Notes under the pieces: model-generated
What the model saw: the letters and a program-made list of their open reading frames with translations, nothing else
Told to the model about the DNA's origin: nothing
Databases searched by the model: none
Program-made: the position numbers and the translations under genes
Assembly: GCF_006345805.1 (NCBI RefSeq)
Contig: NC_043004.1
Span: 10,416,001-10,480,000, forward strand
Direction: 5' to 3'
Origin: Octopus sinensis
Lineage: Eukaryota
DNA: 64,000 nt
Part shown: piece after piece, positions 12,571 to 25,878 of the stretch
Numbering within the stretch: position 1 is the first letter of the stretch
Layout: every line of letters starts with the position of its first letter

Positions 12571-14460
12571 GCACCAATTGATGTATAATGCAGGCTGGCA
12601 GAGTGTGAGCTGTTTCTTTTGAAATAGAATACGCAGCAATGGATTTTGAGAGAAATGAATGTTCTTCACTCAGCAAACATAAATACACATATGTATGCAT
12701 ATACAGGCAAATACATAGAATATTGGAAACATTTCACCGTTGTTGCCAAATACGAATCGATCCTGCGAGCCTGTGTCCAAGGGCATCACTTTATGGCTAA
12801 TTTATATCGTTTCCTTATCGAAAAATTTTACATTAGTCTATTTCTTTCTTTCTTTCTTTCTTCCTTCCTTTCATTCCCTCTTTCTGTCTGTCTTTCTTCC
12901 TTTCATATTTCTTTCTCATCTTCATCCTTCTCCATTCACCACTACAGATGTGGGTACGTGCATGTATGCATATGTGTACGTAAATACACACACGCACTCA
13001 TACACACACACACACATACATACATTCATACATATCTATACCTATATATGCATACATACACAATATACAAAGACGTATGAATGGTCGTATGTGCGTATGC
13101 GTGTGCTTTCACGTATATCTTTGTTTCCTTTTAATTCCTCATGTTTTCTAGCAAGAAAATTCTAAGCCACTAAAGTCACAAGGTATAATTTGCTAGATAC
13201 ACATCCCATTATCAGTTTCCACACTAAATAGTTTTTTGTACAAATCTTCCGGTTGGTTTCTGTTGCAATTTATCGCTTCTACAATGACAGTTGATCAATT
13301 TTCAACCTTGCCATGGCATAAGGCCAGCTACGTCCGGCTTTCAAAGCAACATAATTTGCCATCGATACAAAAGGCAGCCATTGATTCTGAATGTATACAT
13401 GTCGAGTTGGTCGGTCGGTTGGCTGGACGGTGTGTTTGTATGTTTGTCTGCCTATTTGCCTGTTTGCCTGTCTCTTTTTCTTTATCATTGCGTGGTAAGG
13501 TAACTGTCCGATATTATACCTGTGTCTATCATTTTACAACGGATATATACCTTTCATTTCACTTCATTGTTATTTGCTGCAGAAAAAAAAAATATATGTA
13601 TATAAAGAAAATAAAAATAAAGTTGCAACTACGAAATAGTCCTGACGGAGAGTAATGTTGTTTTAGCTTGGTTTGTTAAATAGAAACAAAAGACAGCGGT
13701 AACAACATCAACAGCAATAGAAACATTAACAGCGACAAGGACGGAGACACCATCTACATCAGCAGAACAAATAAGAACAAAAATTTGAATAGTAGTAACA
13801 ATGATAACAACATCAGTAGCAGTTGTAATAACAATATGAAACAAGAAACGACGCTGTATTAAAGAATGAAAATCAAATGTATTTAGTAAGCGAAACGTCA
13901 GCTAAATTAGATATATAGAAAGACAACAATGTCCGACAAACAACATGCTGATCAGTCAGAACTTTACTGGCAAAGAGAAGAGCACAAAAGCAAAAATAAA
14001 ATAAAACTATACGTGACTAGATTTACTATCCGCCATAACTAGATTACGTTTCAGTGAAGTTTTTGTATTTTTGAACCCTGAGAAAAATATTCTGTAAATG
14101 TTAGAGACTCTATAACCAATATTACTTACATTGCTAAGAATTCACGAGCCAGTGTGGGAACATTTATATGGTCGAGCAACTTGCTAGAAATAGTTCACAA
14201 ATCTCTAATAAATTTTATCATTATATCTGGAGTAAGAAACGCGTGGAGAAAAACAACAACCAAAAACGAAACGAAATAAAAGTAGCTAGTCATAGCGGGA
14301 AACACTTCAACCATAGATATGTTCCATCAGAGCATCCTCACCCTTCTCCCTTTTCTCATTTCGTCACTTAGTCATTAGATTGAAGCCAAGCTAGGGCACT
14401 GTCTACAAAGGTTCTAATCTAACAACTCACCCACCACCCCCGTTCTTATATTTAAGACTG

Positions 14461-14770
14461 GTACTCTTCGGTCTCTTAGCAGAACCGAATGCTAAGTTAC
14501 GGGGACGTAAACAAACCAACACTGGATGTCAGGTGGTGGGATAGACTCACGTATTTATATATATACATACATACATACATACATACACACACACACGCAC
14601 GCACACATATTTTTTATAGATATAACGGGTTTTCACAAAGTTTCCGTCTACGAATTTCACTCACAACTTACTGGTCGCTCGGGGCTATAATAGAAGACAC
14701 TTGCCTCAAGATACTGCGCAGTAACACTGAACTGTGATTGCTAGATGAGCTTATTAACCTCTCAGCCATG
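14461..14770 (-). mobile_element. SINE family A, degenerate partial copy
   Basis: GCTAAGTTACGGGGACGTAAAC and GGGCTATAATAGAAGACACTTGCC motifs. Confidence 0.7.
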
Positions 14771-15137
14771 ACTACTCCCTAGTTGACTTGGTGGGAGGGG
14801 GGGAATTTGTGAACAATGGAATCGGTGACTTGTGTTTTACCAAAGGACCAGCTGCTGGTTCATAGCATTTCTGTTGGTGATACTACAAGTAGAGTGTGTA
14901 ACTCGGTTCTGGGTGTTTCTTTCACAAAGCAACGTTTATTTTGATTTTTCTGGGTTTTTTTTTTAATATTCTACTTCGATATAACTCAATGAAACACACA
15001 AAAATATACACACACAAAATGCGCATAACCCTTGCACTCAAGCACTTATATGTATTTGTGAGTGTATCCACCAACCCACCCATCCATCCCTCCATCCCTC
15101 CATCCATCCCTCAATCCATCCCTCCATCCATCCATCC

Positions 15138-15171
<34 letters not shown>

Positions 15172-15364
15172 TCTTTTAGTCTTTTATTTGTTTCAGTGAT
15201 TTGACTGCGGCCATGCTGGAGCACCGCCTTTACTCGAACAAATCGACACTAAGGCTTATTCCTTGTAAGCCTAGTACTTATTCTATCGGTCTCATTTGCT
15301 GAACCGCTGGAGTTACGGGGACGTAAACACACCAATATCGGTTGTCAAGCGATGCTGGAAGAAC

Positions 15365-15403
<39 letters not shown>

Positions 15404-15490
15404 TATATACGATATGCTTGTTTCAGTTTCCGTCACAAGGCTTTGGTCGACCCGAGGCTATAGTAGAAAATACTTGCCAAGGTGTCACGT
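15172..15490 (-). mobile_element. SINE family A, head truncated
   Basis: Matches the family A tail and centre; ends at CCAAGGTGTCACG. Confidence 0.85.
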
Positions 15491-15714
15491 CTTTAAACTG
15501 CAAACTGTCATGTAAAAGTTCATTCGAGATTTTCAACTGGCGCAGCTGCATACGAACATCACACATGCGGACAAAATATCGAGCTACGTTATAAGAAATA
15601 AATTTGTTATTCCTTTAAATATAACGGTACTGCTTTTTTTGAATTCATTACCGTTTTAATATCTCCTGCCCGCATAGAACTGAGAACTACGGGGTTGCTA
15701 AAAGAACACCTTAA

Positions 15715-15771
<57 letters not shown>

Positions 15772-15955
15772 CTGTCCCTCCAACATCGCTTGACAACCGA
15801 TGTTGGTGTCTTTACGTCCCGTAACGCCAGCGGTTCGGCAAAAGAGACCGATAGAATAAGTACTAGGCTTACAAAACATAAGTCTTAGAGTCGATTTGTT
15901 CGAGTAAAGGTCATGCTCCAGCATGGCCGCAGTCAAATGACTGAAACAAATAAAT
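15715..15955 (+). mobile_element. SINE family A 3' half preceded by (TG)n
   Basis: Matches 4740-4930 and is inverted relative to the 15172 copy. Confidence 0.85.
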
Positions 15956-16561
15956 ATATTTCGTTGATTGTAGCACTTGTTCGACCATCACGTTTTTCAA
16001 AGTTGTTAATATCTGACATTGCTACTCCTAGGGGATAAAATGGCCACTGGCGTTGGCATTCCTTGCCTGCCTTTAAAGCGCAAGCCGTATTGTAAAAGTT
16101 CATTCAAGATTCTCAACTGGTGCAGTTGCCTACGAACATCAAAACTGCGTACAAAATATGGAGCTACGTTATAAGAAATAGACTTATCATTCCTTTAAAT
16201 ATATCGGCTCTGCCTTTTTTTTTAAATCAACAAAACAAATCACCATTTCACATTCGATTATATGACTCATTCTAAAGTATATGACAGAACCTAAATTGAA
16301 TGACATCAAAGACGAATACATTGAAAAACAAAATGCATTCAACAATAAGTTTTGTATTCAGAGTGTGTCAGTTATTGTTTCAGGTGTATTAGAGTGAAGT
16401 CACCCATGATAAAGTAGATCCACGAGCAAGGTGTTTCATTTACGACAAATTGTCTTATGTTAAGACAGAAAATAGCTATAACTAACATATTCGATGTGCT
16501 TGTATTATTGTTGTAGTTGCTGTTGTTGTTTTTGTTGTTGTTGTTGTTGTTATTATTATTA

Positions 16562-16622
<61 letters not shown>

Positions 16623-16800
16623 CATTATTATTATTATTATCATTAATAATATTATTATTTCCTTCTTTCTTCAAATTTTCTTCCGTTTTCTCGCCGAGTG
16701 TTTTCCATACACCTAGTGCAGAGAATCTCATTGTATGCATTCCCAGATTACACACGCAAATTCACAGATAAAATATGTATTTAATAAATAAATAAATAAA

Positions 16801-16831
<31 letters not shown>

Positions 16832-16844
16832 ACAACAACAACAA

Positions 16845-17050
16845 CAAGGCGGTGAGATGGCAGACTCGTTAGTGCGATGGATGAAATGCTTGTTGCGGTA
16901 TTTCGCCCGAGGTCGACGTTGCCTTTCATCCTTTCGGGTTCAATTAAATAAGTACCAGTTGAACACTGGGATCGATATAATCGACTTATCCCCCTACCCC
17001 AAAGCTACCCCTGTGGCAACATTTGAGACCGCTATTATTATTAGTAGTAG
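16845..17050 (+). mobile_element. SINE family B with internal deletion of the B box
   Basis: AAGGCGGTGAGATGGCAGA head and GCCTTTCATCCTTTCGGG domain. Confidence 0.75.
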
Positions 17051-17074
17051 TAGCAGCAGCCTGTATTAGTAGTA

Positions 17075-17860
17075 GAACGTGTCAAAGTGCTGTCATCTGC
17101 CTGTTGGCTCTCCTCCTGCAACTCAACTTGATTCCGAGCCGGGTCGTCTGCTGCTGGAGAGGACCGATCAGGTAAAGGACCTGGGTATCTTGGTGGATTC
17201 ATCCTTTTCGCCTTCGGCCCAGTGCGTCCATGCTGCCAACAAAGCACGCGGAATTCTGTTCTTGATTCGACGGTCATTCGGAATGCTCACAGCAGCCATA
17301 TTCCTACCACTCTATGTCACGCTGGTGAGACTCATATTGGAGTACGGGATTCAAGCCTCTTCTCCTTATCTCCTCAAAGACATACAGCATCTCGAAAGAG
17401 TCCAGAAGCTGGCTACCCGCATGGTTCATGGTCTCAAAAATTTGTCCTATGAAGAAAGGCTGAGGACGCTCGACCTTTATTCTCTTGAAAAACGCCGCCG
17501 CCGTGGTGATCTCATTCTCGCCCACAACATCATAAGCGGAAAGTGTAACCTCTCGAAAGAGCTGTTCTTCACTCCTGCTCCAGAGCGTCGGCTGCGGGGA
17601 CATTCCGAAAAGCTCTACCTGCGACGATTTCATCTCAATCGAAGGAGAGGAGCTTTCTCCGTCCGGGTTGCGGATCCGTGGAACAAGCTGCCAGACGAGA
17701 TGGTGAAGATGCCGACGACCGCTTTGTTCAAAGCCTCCCTTGACCTCAAATGGCCTGAACTCTTTACATGAACACCACCCTGTACTTAACTCCATGTCCC
17801 CCTACATGGCCTTGCTATTTGCTTTTGAGCCAAATTAACTAACTAACTAACTAACTAACT
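17075..17860 (+). mobile_element. 5'-truncated CR1/L2-group LINE: ORF2 C-terminus (ORF 17079-17771), 3' UTR and (AACT)n tail
   Basis: Uninterrupted 230 codons with VKDLGI, LYVTLVRLILEYG, LERVQKLATR, SYEERL..L.LYSLEKRR.RGDLI, FSVRVADPWNKLP motifs typical of post-RT CR1/L2 ORF2; microsatellite 3' tail. Confidence 0.9.
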
Positions 17861-17905
17861 AGTATGGGGGTATGTCTTGAAACAGTGCGTCGCTGATTCC
17901 AACAT

Positions 17906-18150
17906 GCTAACGTTTCTTATTTCTTTATTGCCCACAAGGGGCTAAACACAGAGGGGACAAACAAGGACAGACAAAGGGATTAAGTCAATTACATCGACCC
18001 CAGTGCGTAACTGGTACTTAATTTATCGACCCCTAAAGGATGAAAGGTGAAGTCGACCTAGGCGGAATTTGAACTCAGAACGTAGAGACAGACGAAGGAC
18101 CGCAAAGCATTTTGCCCGCTGTGCTAACGTTTCTACCAACTCGCTGCCTT
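17906..18150 (-). mobile_element. SINE family B, near full length, plus the start of a second tandem unit
   Basis: Core domain plus the TTAGCCCCTTGTGGGCAATAAAGAAAT tail. Confidence 0.9.
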
Positions 18151-18851
18151 CAAGATCAGTAATATTGATATCCTGGTTAGATAGAGAAGCTGCGAGAAAA
18201 GTCCTTATTTGAATAAGTATGACACCTTCCATCAGAAACAAAATTTGCTGTTGCAGATTCGGTTCCTCGAACAATTGACTATATACATTAGTCTCCTTGC
18301 TCTCACATCATCGACACTATATTAATAAAAAAATAAATACATACAACACACTGGTACAGATAGGACGTATATAAACTGTAGAAGCGAGTAAAACATATGC
18401 TGTGCAATCTTACGGAACAGTTTTCAGATAAAAAATATAACGACAAAATGTCACTAATTTAGAAATAATTTATGTCAGGTCAAACATGGAAAGTTAGTTT
18501 TGTCAGTCGTGTAAGAACACCTAACCTTTCTGATTGAAAAATAACAGAAATATTTCACGTCTTCAATCTAATGCACTTCGCTTTTATCGATCACACGCAT
18601 ACATATGGTGAGTATAAATACACACATGTATATATATCTATATATATATATATATATGGATTGATAGGTAGATAGATAGACACAGTATATACGTACATCA
18701 GTATGTATATAGAATAAATAAATATATATATATATATTATATACATACATACAGATACATGCACACATATATATATACACACATACACGCGCGCTCACAC
18801 ACAGTCACACACACACACATATATATATACACGCAAATAGCAAATATATAC

Positions 18852-18906
<55 letters not shown>

Positions 18907-19054
18907 TGTGTGTGTGCGTAAGTGTGCATACATGCATGTGTGGATGCGTACAGAAACTAGTATATCCAAATATACATCGAAGAAGTCGATAGCCGACAGA
19001 GATGAAGCATGCAATTTCTTGTCTTTGTTATTTAACTTTTTATCATGTCGTTGG

Positions 19055-19299
19055 AAGAAGAAAAAGAGGAGGAGGAGGAGGAGGAAGAAGAAGAAGAAGA
19101 AGAAGGAGAAGTAGAAGAAGTAGAAGAAGAAGTAGAAGAAGAAAAAGAAGAAGAAGAAGAAGAAGAAGAGAAGGAGGAGGAGGAGAAGAAGAAGAAGAAG
19201 AAGAAGAAGAAGAAGAAAAAGAAGAAGAAGAAGAAGAAAAAGAAGAAGAAGAAGAAGTAGAAGAAGAAGAAGAAGAAGAAGAAGAAGAAGAAGAAGAAG

Positions 19300-19332
<33 letters not shown>

Positions 19333-19340
19333 AAGAAGAA
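19055..19340. repeat. (GAA/GAG)n polypurine tract
   Basis: Direct reading of the sequence. Confidence 0.95.
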
Positions 19341-20061
19341 GCGTGAACTTCTTCCGGCCTGACAGTTTGGAGAATTGGAAGTATTGGTTGATGCGTTTAG
19401 CGCAACAGCTATTGACCTCACATCATTCCAAGATGCGATGGAGAGAGGAACAGCAGGCAGCGGGAAGGTTTGAAGGAAATATTTCTTATTAACGTGTAGT
19501 TCCAGATACGAGAAACGCTGTAGTGTGGAGTAATAGGGAGACACGATTTTTAAGCATTTGATAAGAGGAAATCAATGAAATGTGTTAGTTCAGGAATGTT
19601 TTTTGTACTTATATTAGGAGTACACGTGTCTATATCCCTTTGTATGGGGTGGAAACTATCGGTTCTCACACGTACGCTTGGCATAACTAACTTGCATATG
19701 GTATTACCATTAAATGCATATGTCCTACAGAGGGTGTTTAATCTGTTACAAAGTGTTCAGGAGGGATCCAATTTTCTGACAGTATTATGATATATAATTC
19801 TTACAAATGATATTTTCACCCTCTGTCTGTCTGTGTATCTGTCTGTCAATCTCCCCACCTCTATCTCTCAGAAACAGACACACACACATTTTTTCTTTTT
19901 CACATATCTATCTCTATCTGTCTGTCTGTGTATATGTATGTATGTTTGCATGCATGCATGCATGCATGTTCTTTTGTATGTATGTATGTATGTATGTATG
20001 TATATATGTATGTATATATGTATGTATGTACGTATGTATATTTGAATGTAAGTGTGTGTGT

Positions 20062-20398
20062 ATACACACAGGCATGCAAGTAGTAAATAGACACCTTTAA
20101 TTTTCAAAATTTCTGATCTATCCGTCTTAATATGTTTTCAGTGGTGTAGAATTTACAATGTAATTTATTCTTTTTCATTCCAGGTGCTATTATATTAAAC
20201 ATTGCGAAGAGTAACCATGCCGACCTGGGCCTTGAAGAGAATTGTGGAAAACGAACCCCGTTCGAAGGCTTCTGACATTGCAAAACAGCTAGAAGTTAGT
20301 CCAAGAACGAGTGTTACATATTTGCATAAGCTTGGGTATTATGGACGAGCAGCTAGAAAAAAACCTCTCCTGCAACCAATTAATATCAAATAAAAGAT
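20062..20398 (+). pseudogene. Tc1-family transposase 5' fragment (HTH region)
   Basis: ORF 20202-20393 LKRIVENEPRSKASDIAKQLEVSPRT..YLHKLGYYGRAARKKPLL matches the Tc1 HTH and RKKPLL motif; possible TIR starts near TACACAGGCATGCAAGTAG. Confidence 0.75.
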
Positions 20399-22138
20399 TA
20401 CGAAAATATCACCTACTCCGAAAATAAACCCTACCATGATTTTTCAGGATGTTTTATTTATAATACCTACCCCGAAAATAAGACCTAGTCCAAAATGCAT
20501 CAGCTTGTTATCAAGACCATGCGATGATTGCAAAATAAACCAACTACCGCAGCTTGGGTAAACTTTGTGCTAAGCGCGCATGCACGGAGTTGACCCCCTT
20601 AGCTTGACTCCCTTGTCCCCCTTGGCTTGACTCCCTTGTCCCCCAGGAAAAATGAGTGCAAAAAGAAAGAGTTATTCTGCGGAGTACAAGAAAGGAATTG
20701 TGGAAGAGTTACATAAAAAGAATCTTACGGGTTTCTGTAAGGAGAAAATAGATCTCCAAATGGTTTGAAACTGATAAGCAGATAAAATAATCTCGGCAGA
20801 CAGGTGGGCGAAGGAAGTACTAAGAAGTACAAGTGTGGATCAGGTAGACAACCGTTATTTTCGGAGCTGGAAGATATTGCCTCAGGATGGATTGCTGACA
20901 GAAGAACAAAGCCTTTGGTTCAACGCATAACTGATATTCAAGATTTTGCTCTTGCAATGGTACTACAGTTGGATATAGCCCCAGAGATATTCAACTGTTC
21001 ACCTCATTGGTTGGATAACTTCCTTCGACGGTATGAGATATCTCAAAGAAGATCGACAACACTTCAAGCTGGAGGATGTCGAAGTGATTTAACACGCACT
21101 TATATTCATGACCTTCGTTGATGATATCGACTTTTCTAAATACAATCTCTTCAGTATAATTGCTACGGATGAGACTGCAGTATTTATGGGCCAAGGATCT
21201 AAAACAACAATTGAACAGACAGGTACTTCGTCGATCTTCGTTGCCTCAGCGGGTTACGAAAGTGGAAGAGTTACTTGTATTTCAGCAATTCATCTTGATG
21301 GAACAAAAGTCCCACCGCTTATATTCACAAAGGGCAAAAGAGAGAGAACAGAACGAGTTTCGGGCATTTATGTCATTGAAACGGAAAAGGCTTGGTGCAC
21401 GCAAACTGTTATAAGAAAATGGGTTAATTTAACTATGCCACTTGTTTTATGTGGTTCTCAAAGAGGTCTTTTAGTCTGGGATTCGGTTAGTACTCATCGG
21501 GCAAAAGATATGAAAACCTTCCTTTCTGAAAGAAGAATCGACCACATAAGGATTTCCGCGGGAATGACTTCAGATCGACAAACATTAGATCTTGTAATAA
21601 ACAAGCCATTCAAGGATTTTTTGCGGATGGAAGTGATTGAATATGTCGAACATAGAATGGAGGAGGGAAATCAGCGAGGAAACTTTGTCAAACCCAACCT
21701 CCAAGAAATCGTGAATTAGGCGAAGAATTCGTGGAATAAAATTACCAATAGTTGCGTTGCCAATGCACTACGAGCAAGGTACTTGGACAAAAAGTGTTCA
21801 TTTAAGGAAAGTTGTATTGCCAAACATGAGAGATCGAAGTCCAGGTTTCTACAGGAAATGGATTTGCAAGAAAATTCAGTCTCAAGTTCAGGATTTGATG
21901 ATTTATAACGGTATTCTAGAAAAGGAAGAAATGTTTGCACTTAACTAAAAACAATAAGCCAATAAAGAAACTTTTGGTGACTAAAAACACGAGGAGTTTC
22001 CTTTCTAAACTTTTTCCTCTTTCCCGAGGACATGAGACTTTTCTGACTTTCCCGGATTTTTTTCCGCAAGAAATATAACCAAGTCTACGAAACTACACCC
22101 TAGTGCATTTTTTGGATGCAAAATTAAGACCGGTTTCA
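20399..22138 (+). mobile_element. pogo-superfamily DNA transposon (Passer-like, DD35D), decayed
   Basis: Frameshifted transposase from ATG 20652 (MSAKRKSYSAEYKKGIV, Brinker-like HTH), CENP-B-type HTH (20804-21121), DDE_1 with TDET, WDS and LD..NKPFK, 35 residues between D2 and D3; right end ...TCGGGAAGACACGGTA; left-end repeats CCGAAAATAAGACCTA with the TIR tip missing. Confidence 0.9.
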
Positions 22139-22139
22139 T

Positions 22140-22160
22140 TATCGGGAAGACACGGTATGT

Positions 22161-22192
<32 letters not shown>

Positions 22193-22201
22193 TATATATA
22201 T

Positions 22202-22243
<42 letters not shown>

Positions 22244-22372
22244 TATATACATGCTTATATATGTATATATATACACACATATATATACATATATGTGTAT
22301 GTATATAAATATATATATACATAAACACATGTACATGCAATGTCTTTGCATCTCTCTCTCTCTATATGTATA

Positions 22373-22445
<73 letters not shown>

Positions 22446-22470
22446 TCATATATATACAAATATATACATA
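22140..22470. repeat. Compound (TA)n/(TG)n/(CT)n microsatellite
   Basis: Direct reading; source of several spurious ORFs. Confidence 0.95.
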
Positions 22471-22649
22471 TATATATAAATATTGATAGAACTGGTAAGG
22501 CAACAAATGAATGAAAGATACCTCGATATTAAATAGAGGAATTTATCTGTAAATATAATATGTGACAATTATTCGGTAGCCATGATAAAACTCTGAGTTT
22601 CGGATGACGGGACGGAAATCCACGCCGAATAGCTGTCACATATATATTT

Positions 22650-22734
<85 letters not shown>

Positions 22735-23789
22735 GTGTGTGTGTGTGTGTGAGTGTGTGTATGTATGTATGTATGTATGTATGTATGTATGTACGCATGC
22801 ATGTATGTATGTATGTTTGTATATATGTGTATATATGTCAAAATGGGGGAAACGGATATTTGCACTTACGTATCGCTGAGACCCAGTAGTAGATTGATAC
22901 AAATTTAAGTCTTTTGTTGCAGTGCTTTGCTGTGCCTATAACGCCAATTGCGTTCTTGCTTAAAACTGCAATGTAAGTGTGTCTTTGGTGCAGTTGTAAC
23001 TCAGAATGCATTTGGCGTTATGTGGAGATACACACAACTGCAAACATCCATTCGTCCCTCTTTGACACACACACACACACACATGCACATATGTGTACAT
23101 ACAGTAGGTTCTCCGATTCGAAACAGAGACCATCGCACAGTTAGCTGTAATTTGTGCGATAACGTTAGCTAATTCCTAAATAAAAAGTTTATCTCTACAA
23201 AAATAAGCTTAGTCCTTAATTAAAGGAATAATCTTAATATCCGTGTTATCGCAACATGTGTATTTACGAATGTAGGTTGTGAAATACCTATTCATAAATA
23301 ACTGATAGAGCAACAAACCAGCAACAAACAGAGAAGGCGGAAATGAGAAAGACAATTTACACATCTATAACATTATTTTCGACAAGTACATATGAAGATG
23401 GCGACTAAAAAGAAACCAAAATAAAAAGGGAGAAAGCTCTTTTTTTCCAACCAAATTGCTTGCAGCTGAACGAGTGATCAAGTTGTTGCATTTTCATTCA
23501 GCGTAGATTATGTATGCAAACGTGGATGCTATAAGATTGATATTATTGGCCTTTATTCCTGTAGCACAACACTATAATAGAGCTATAAGTACATGCAAAC
23601 AGTCACGCACATAACAGATTTTTGTCGACGCCTTTAGTGAACTAAGAATGAACGGTGGCTGAGATCCATTGTGCTCACAGACTATAAATAATGAGCCTGT
23701 CGCATACTATATTATATAATCTTTCAGCTGATTGCATCTTACTTATTAACCGTTCGCTTGTTCATGTATCATTTATGTACGTATTTCCA

Positions 23790-24035
23790 ATTGTTTTCAC
23801 TCAGCTGTAGAAATGAATTGCGATGTCACTGGTGCCGAATTGTATCGACCATTGCCTTTCCCTTGGATAACATCGGTGGCGTGGAGAGGGGAGACTGGTA
23901 TGCATGGTCGACTGCTGGTCTTCCATAAAACAACCATAACTTGTGCGTTCGCCGGTGAGGGGACTTTCCACCCAGACTTGTACCCCGGAGGGGAACCTCT
24001 TAGATGCACCCATGGTCATTCGTGACCAACGGAGT
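23790..24035. mobile_element. GC-rich interspersed repeat segment, probably a SINE 3' part
   Basis: Sharp compositional contrast with the flanks and resemblance to repeats I recall from octopus; no second copy seen in this window. Confidence 0.35.
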
Positions 24036-24489
24036 CGGGTTATTTGCAATAGTTCTCTATCACAAGAGTAAGCTGGGATTTGTGATAGGAAAGCTTTCTA
24101 TCTCTTAGAATGTATGAAGCAAAAGCTAATAAAAAGTCTAAAAACATGCATGGACCTTTAGGCAAACATGAAAATTCTATGGGCAGTCAAGAGGCTAAAG
24201 GGTAAACTTTTATTAGACATTGTCTGTGAAGCACATGTGTACTAGCGCCTTGCCTTTCGTCCGTCATATATGAAACTTCTGAGACTGTTCATGTTGGAGG
24301 TGCTTTGGAAAAGACATTCACTTAGATTAAGTGAAGCTGCTTCAGTTGACATATAAAGGGATCGCACAATATACTTTGCATTCTGGATTACTTATTACAG
24401 AACAGAAGCAAATATACAAACAGCTTATTCAAACGGCATTCCAACTATATGTACGTAAACACACACACACACGTACACACTCAAACAAA

Positions 24490-24740
24490 AGCGTAACAGG
24501 TCCTCCATAAGTCATAGGCTCATAAAGGCAGTTTCCTGGATTCTGTGGTGCATAAATTCTTCCAACGGAGGTGGTGCTGGTCCGTTGCAGGAGTCCTCAT
24601 TCTTGCCAGTTGAGTGGACGGGAGCAACATGAAATTAAATGTTTTGCTCAAGAACACAACACATCGCCCGGTTCAGGAATCGAAACTGTAATCTTACGAT
24701 CATGAGTCCTATACCCTATCCACTGACCCATGCCCCTCCA
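24490..24740 (-). mobile_element. SINE family C/D (tRNA head, TTGAGCAA central motif)
   Basis: TTTTGCTCAAGAACACAAC...CAGGAATCGAAACT...CTTACGATCATGAG is the inverse of the heads at 37909 and 50084. Confidence 0.7.
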
Positions 24741-24745
24741 CACTC

Positions 24746-24788
<43 letters not shown>

Positions 24789-25438
24789 AGCATGCAAACA
24801 CACACATATACACCATACAATATGATGTAATATATCAATATCTCTCTCCCCCTCTCTCTCTATATATAATATATTTATCTAGGATATGCATGCATATATA
24901 CACACACACACGTGTGTGTGCGTGCGTGTGTGTGTGTGTGCGTGCGTGTGTGTGTGTGCGTGTGTGTGTGCGTGTATGTATCTTCAAACCGCATTAAAGC
25001 TAAAAACATAATTATTGTTTTTATAGAGATAGTTGTATTATGTGCTGCATCTTGTGCTGTCCAATTATCATATATATAGCGGAAATAAGTCGTGTCTGAT
25101 ATGACTAGACAGAGAAGCAATCTGCTTGCTGTAAATCTAATCGCTTAAAGGTCGTCTGACTTGGAAAGCCAGTCAGAGATTTGGCTTCGCAATAGCAGAA
25201 ACACACACAGAACACTCTATTCATTAATGCGTACAGAAAAGCAGACGTATACACAATTTACGTAATCACATAAGTGTATAAAAACACAAATGAATCTACA
25301 GGAAGACGTATACTTACTTGCCTACATATGTGTGCATATTTACAACACTGTAGCCTATAAAGCTTTAGTCACATATACACGAACACATGTACATCTATGC
25401 GTTTGTTGCATACACACACACACCACACACACACACAT

Positions 25439-25483
<45 letters not shown>

Positions 25484-25815
25484 AATATATATATATATAA
25501 TATATTGGAAAAGGATACGTGGCGTTCAATCATATATTATAAACAATAATATAAATAATATACAAATATATGCATATATACATACATATATGTACATACC
25601 TACATATATGTGTATATATACATACATATATAGGTACAGGGCATCGAAAAAACATTGAATACAAAACCTAAAACCTAAAAAGAAAAGCATAGAAACGAAC
25701 TTTTTTTCAACAAAAAAAAAAACACAGAAAAGCGAGACATACAACATAAAGAATATTCCCCTCTTCAGTTGTCCCTGTTTCATATACTCCGCCGCAAGAG
25801 TATCCATATCATAAA

Positions 25816-25878
<63 letters not shown>

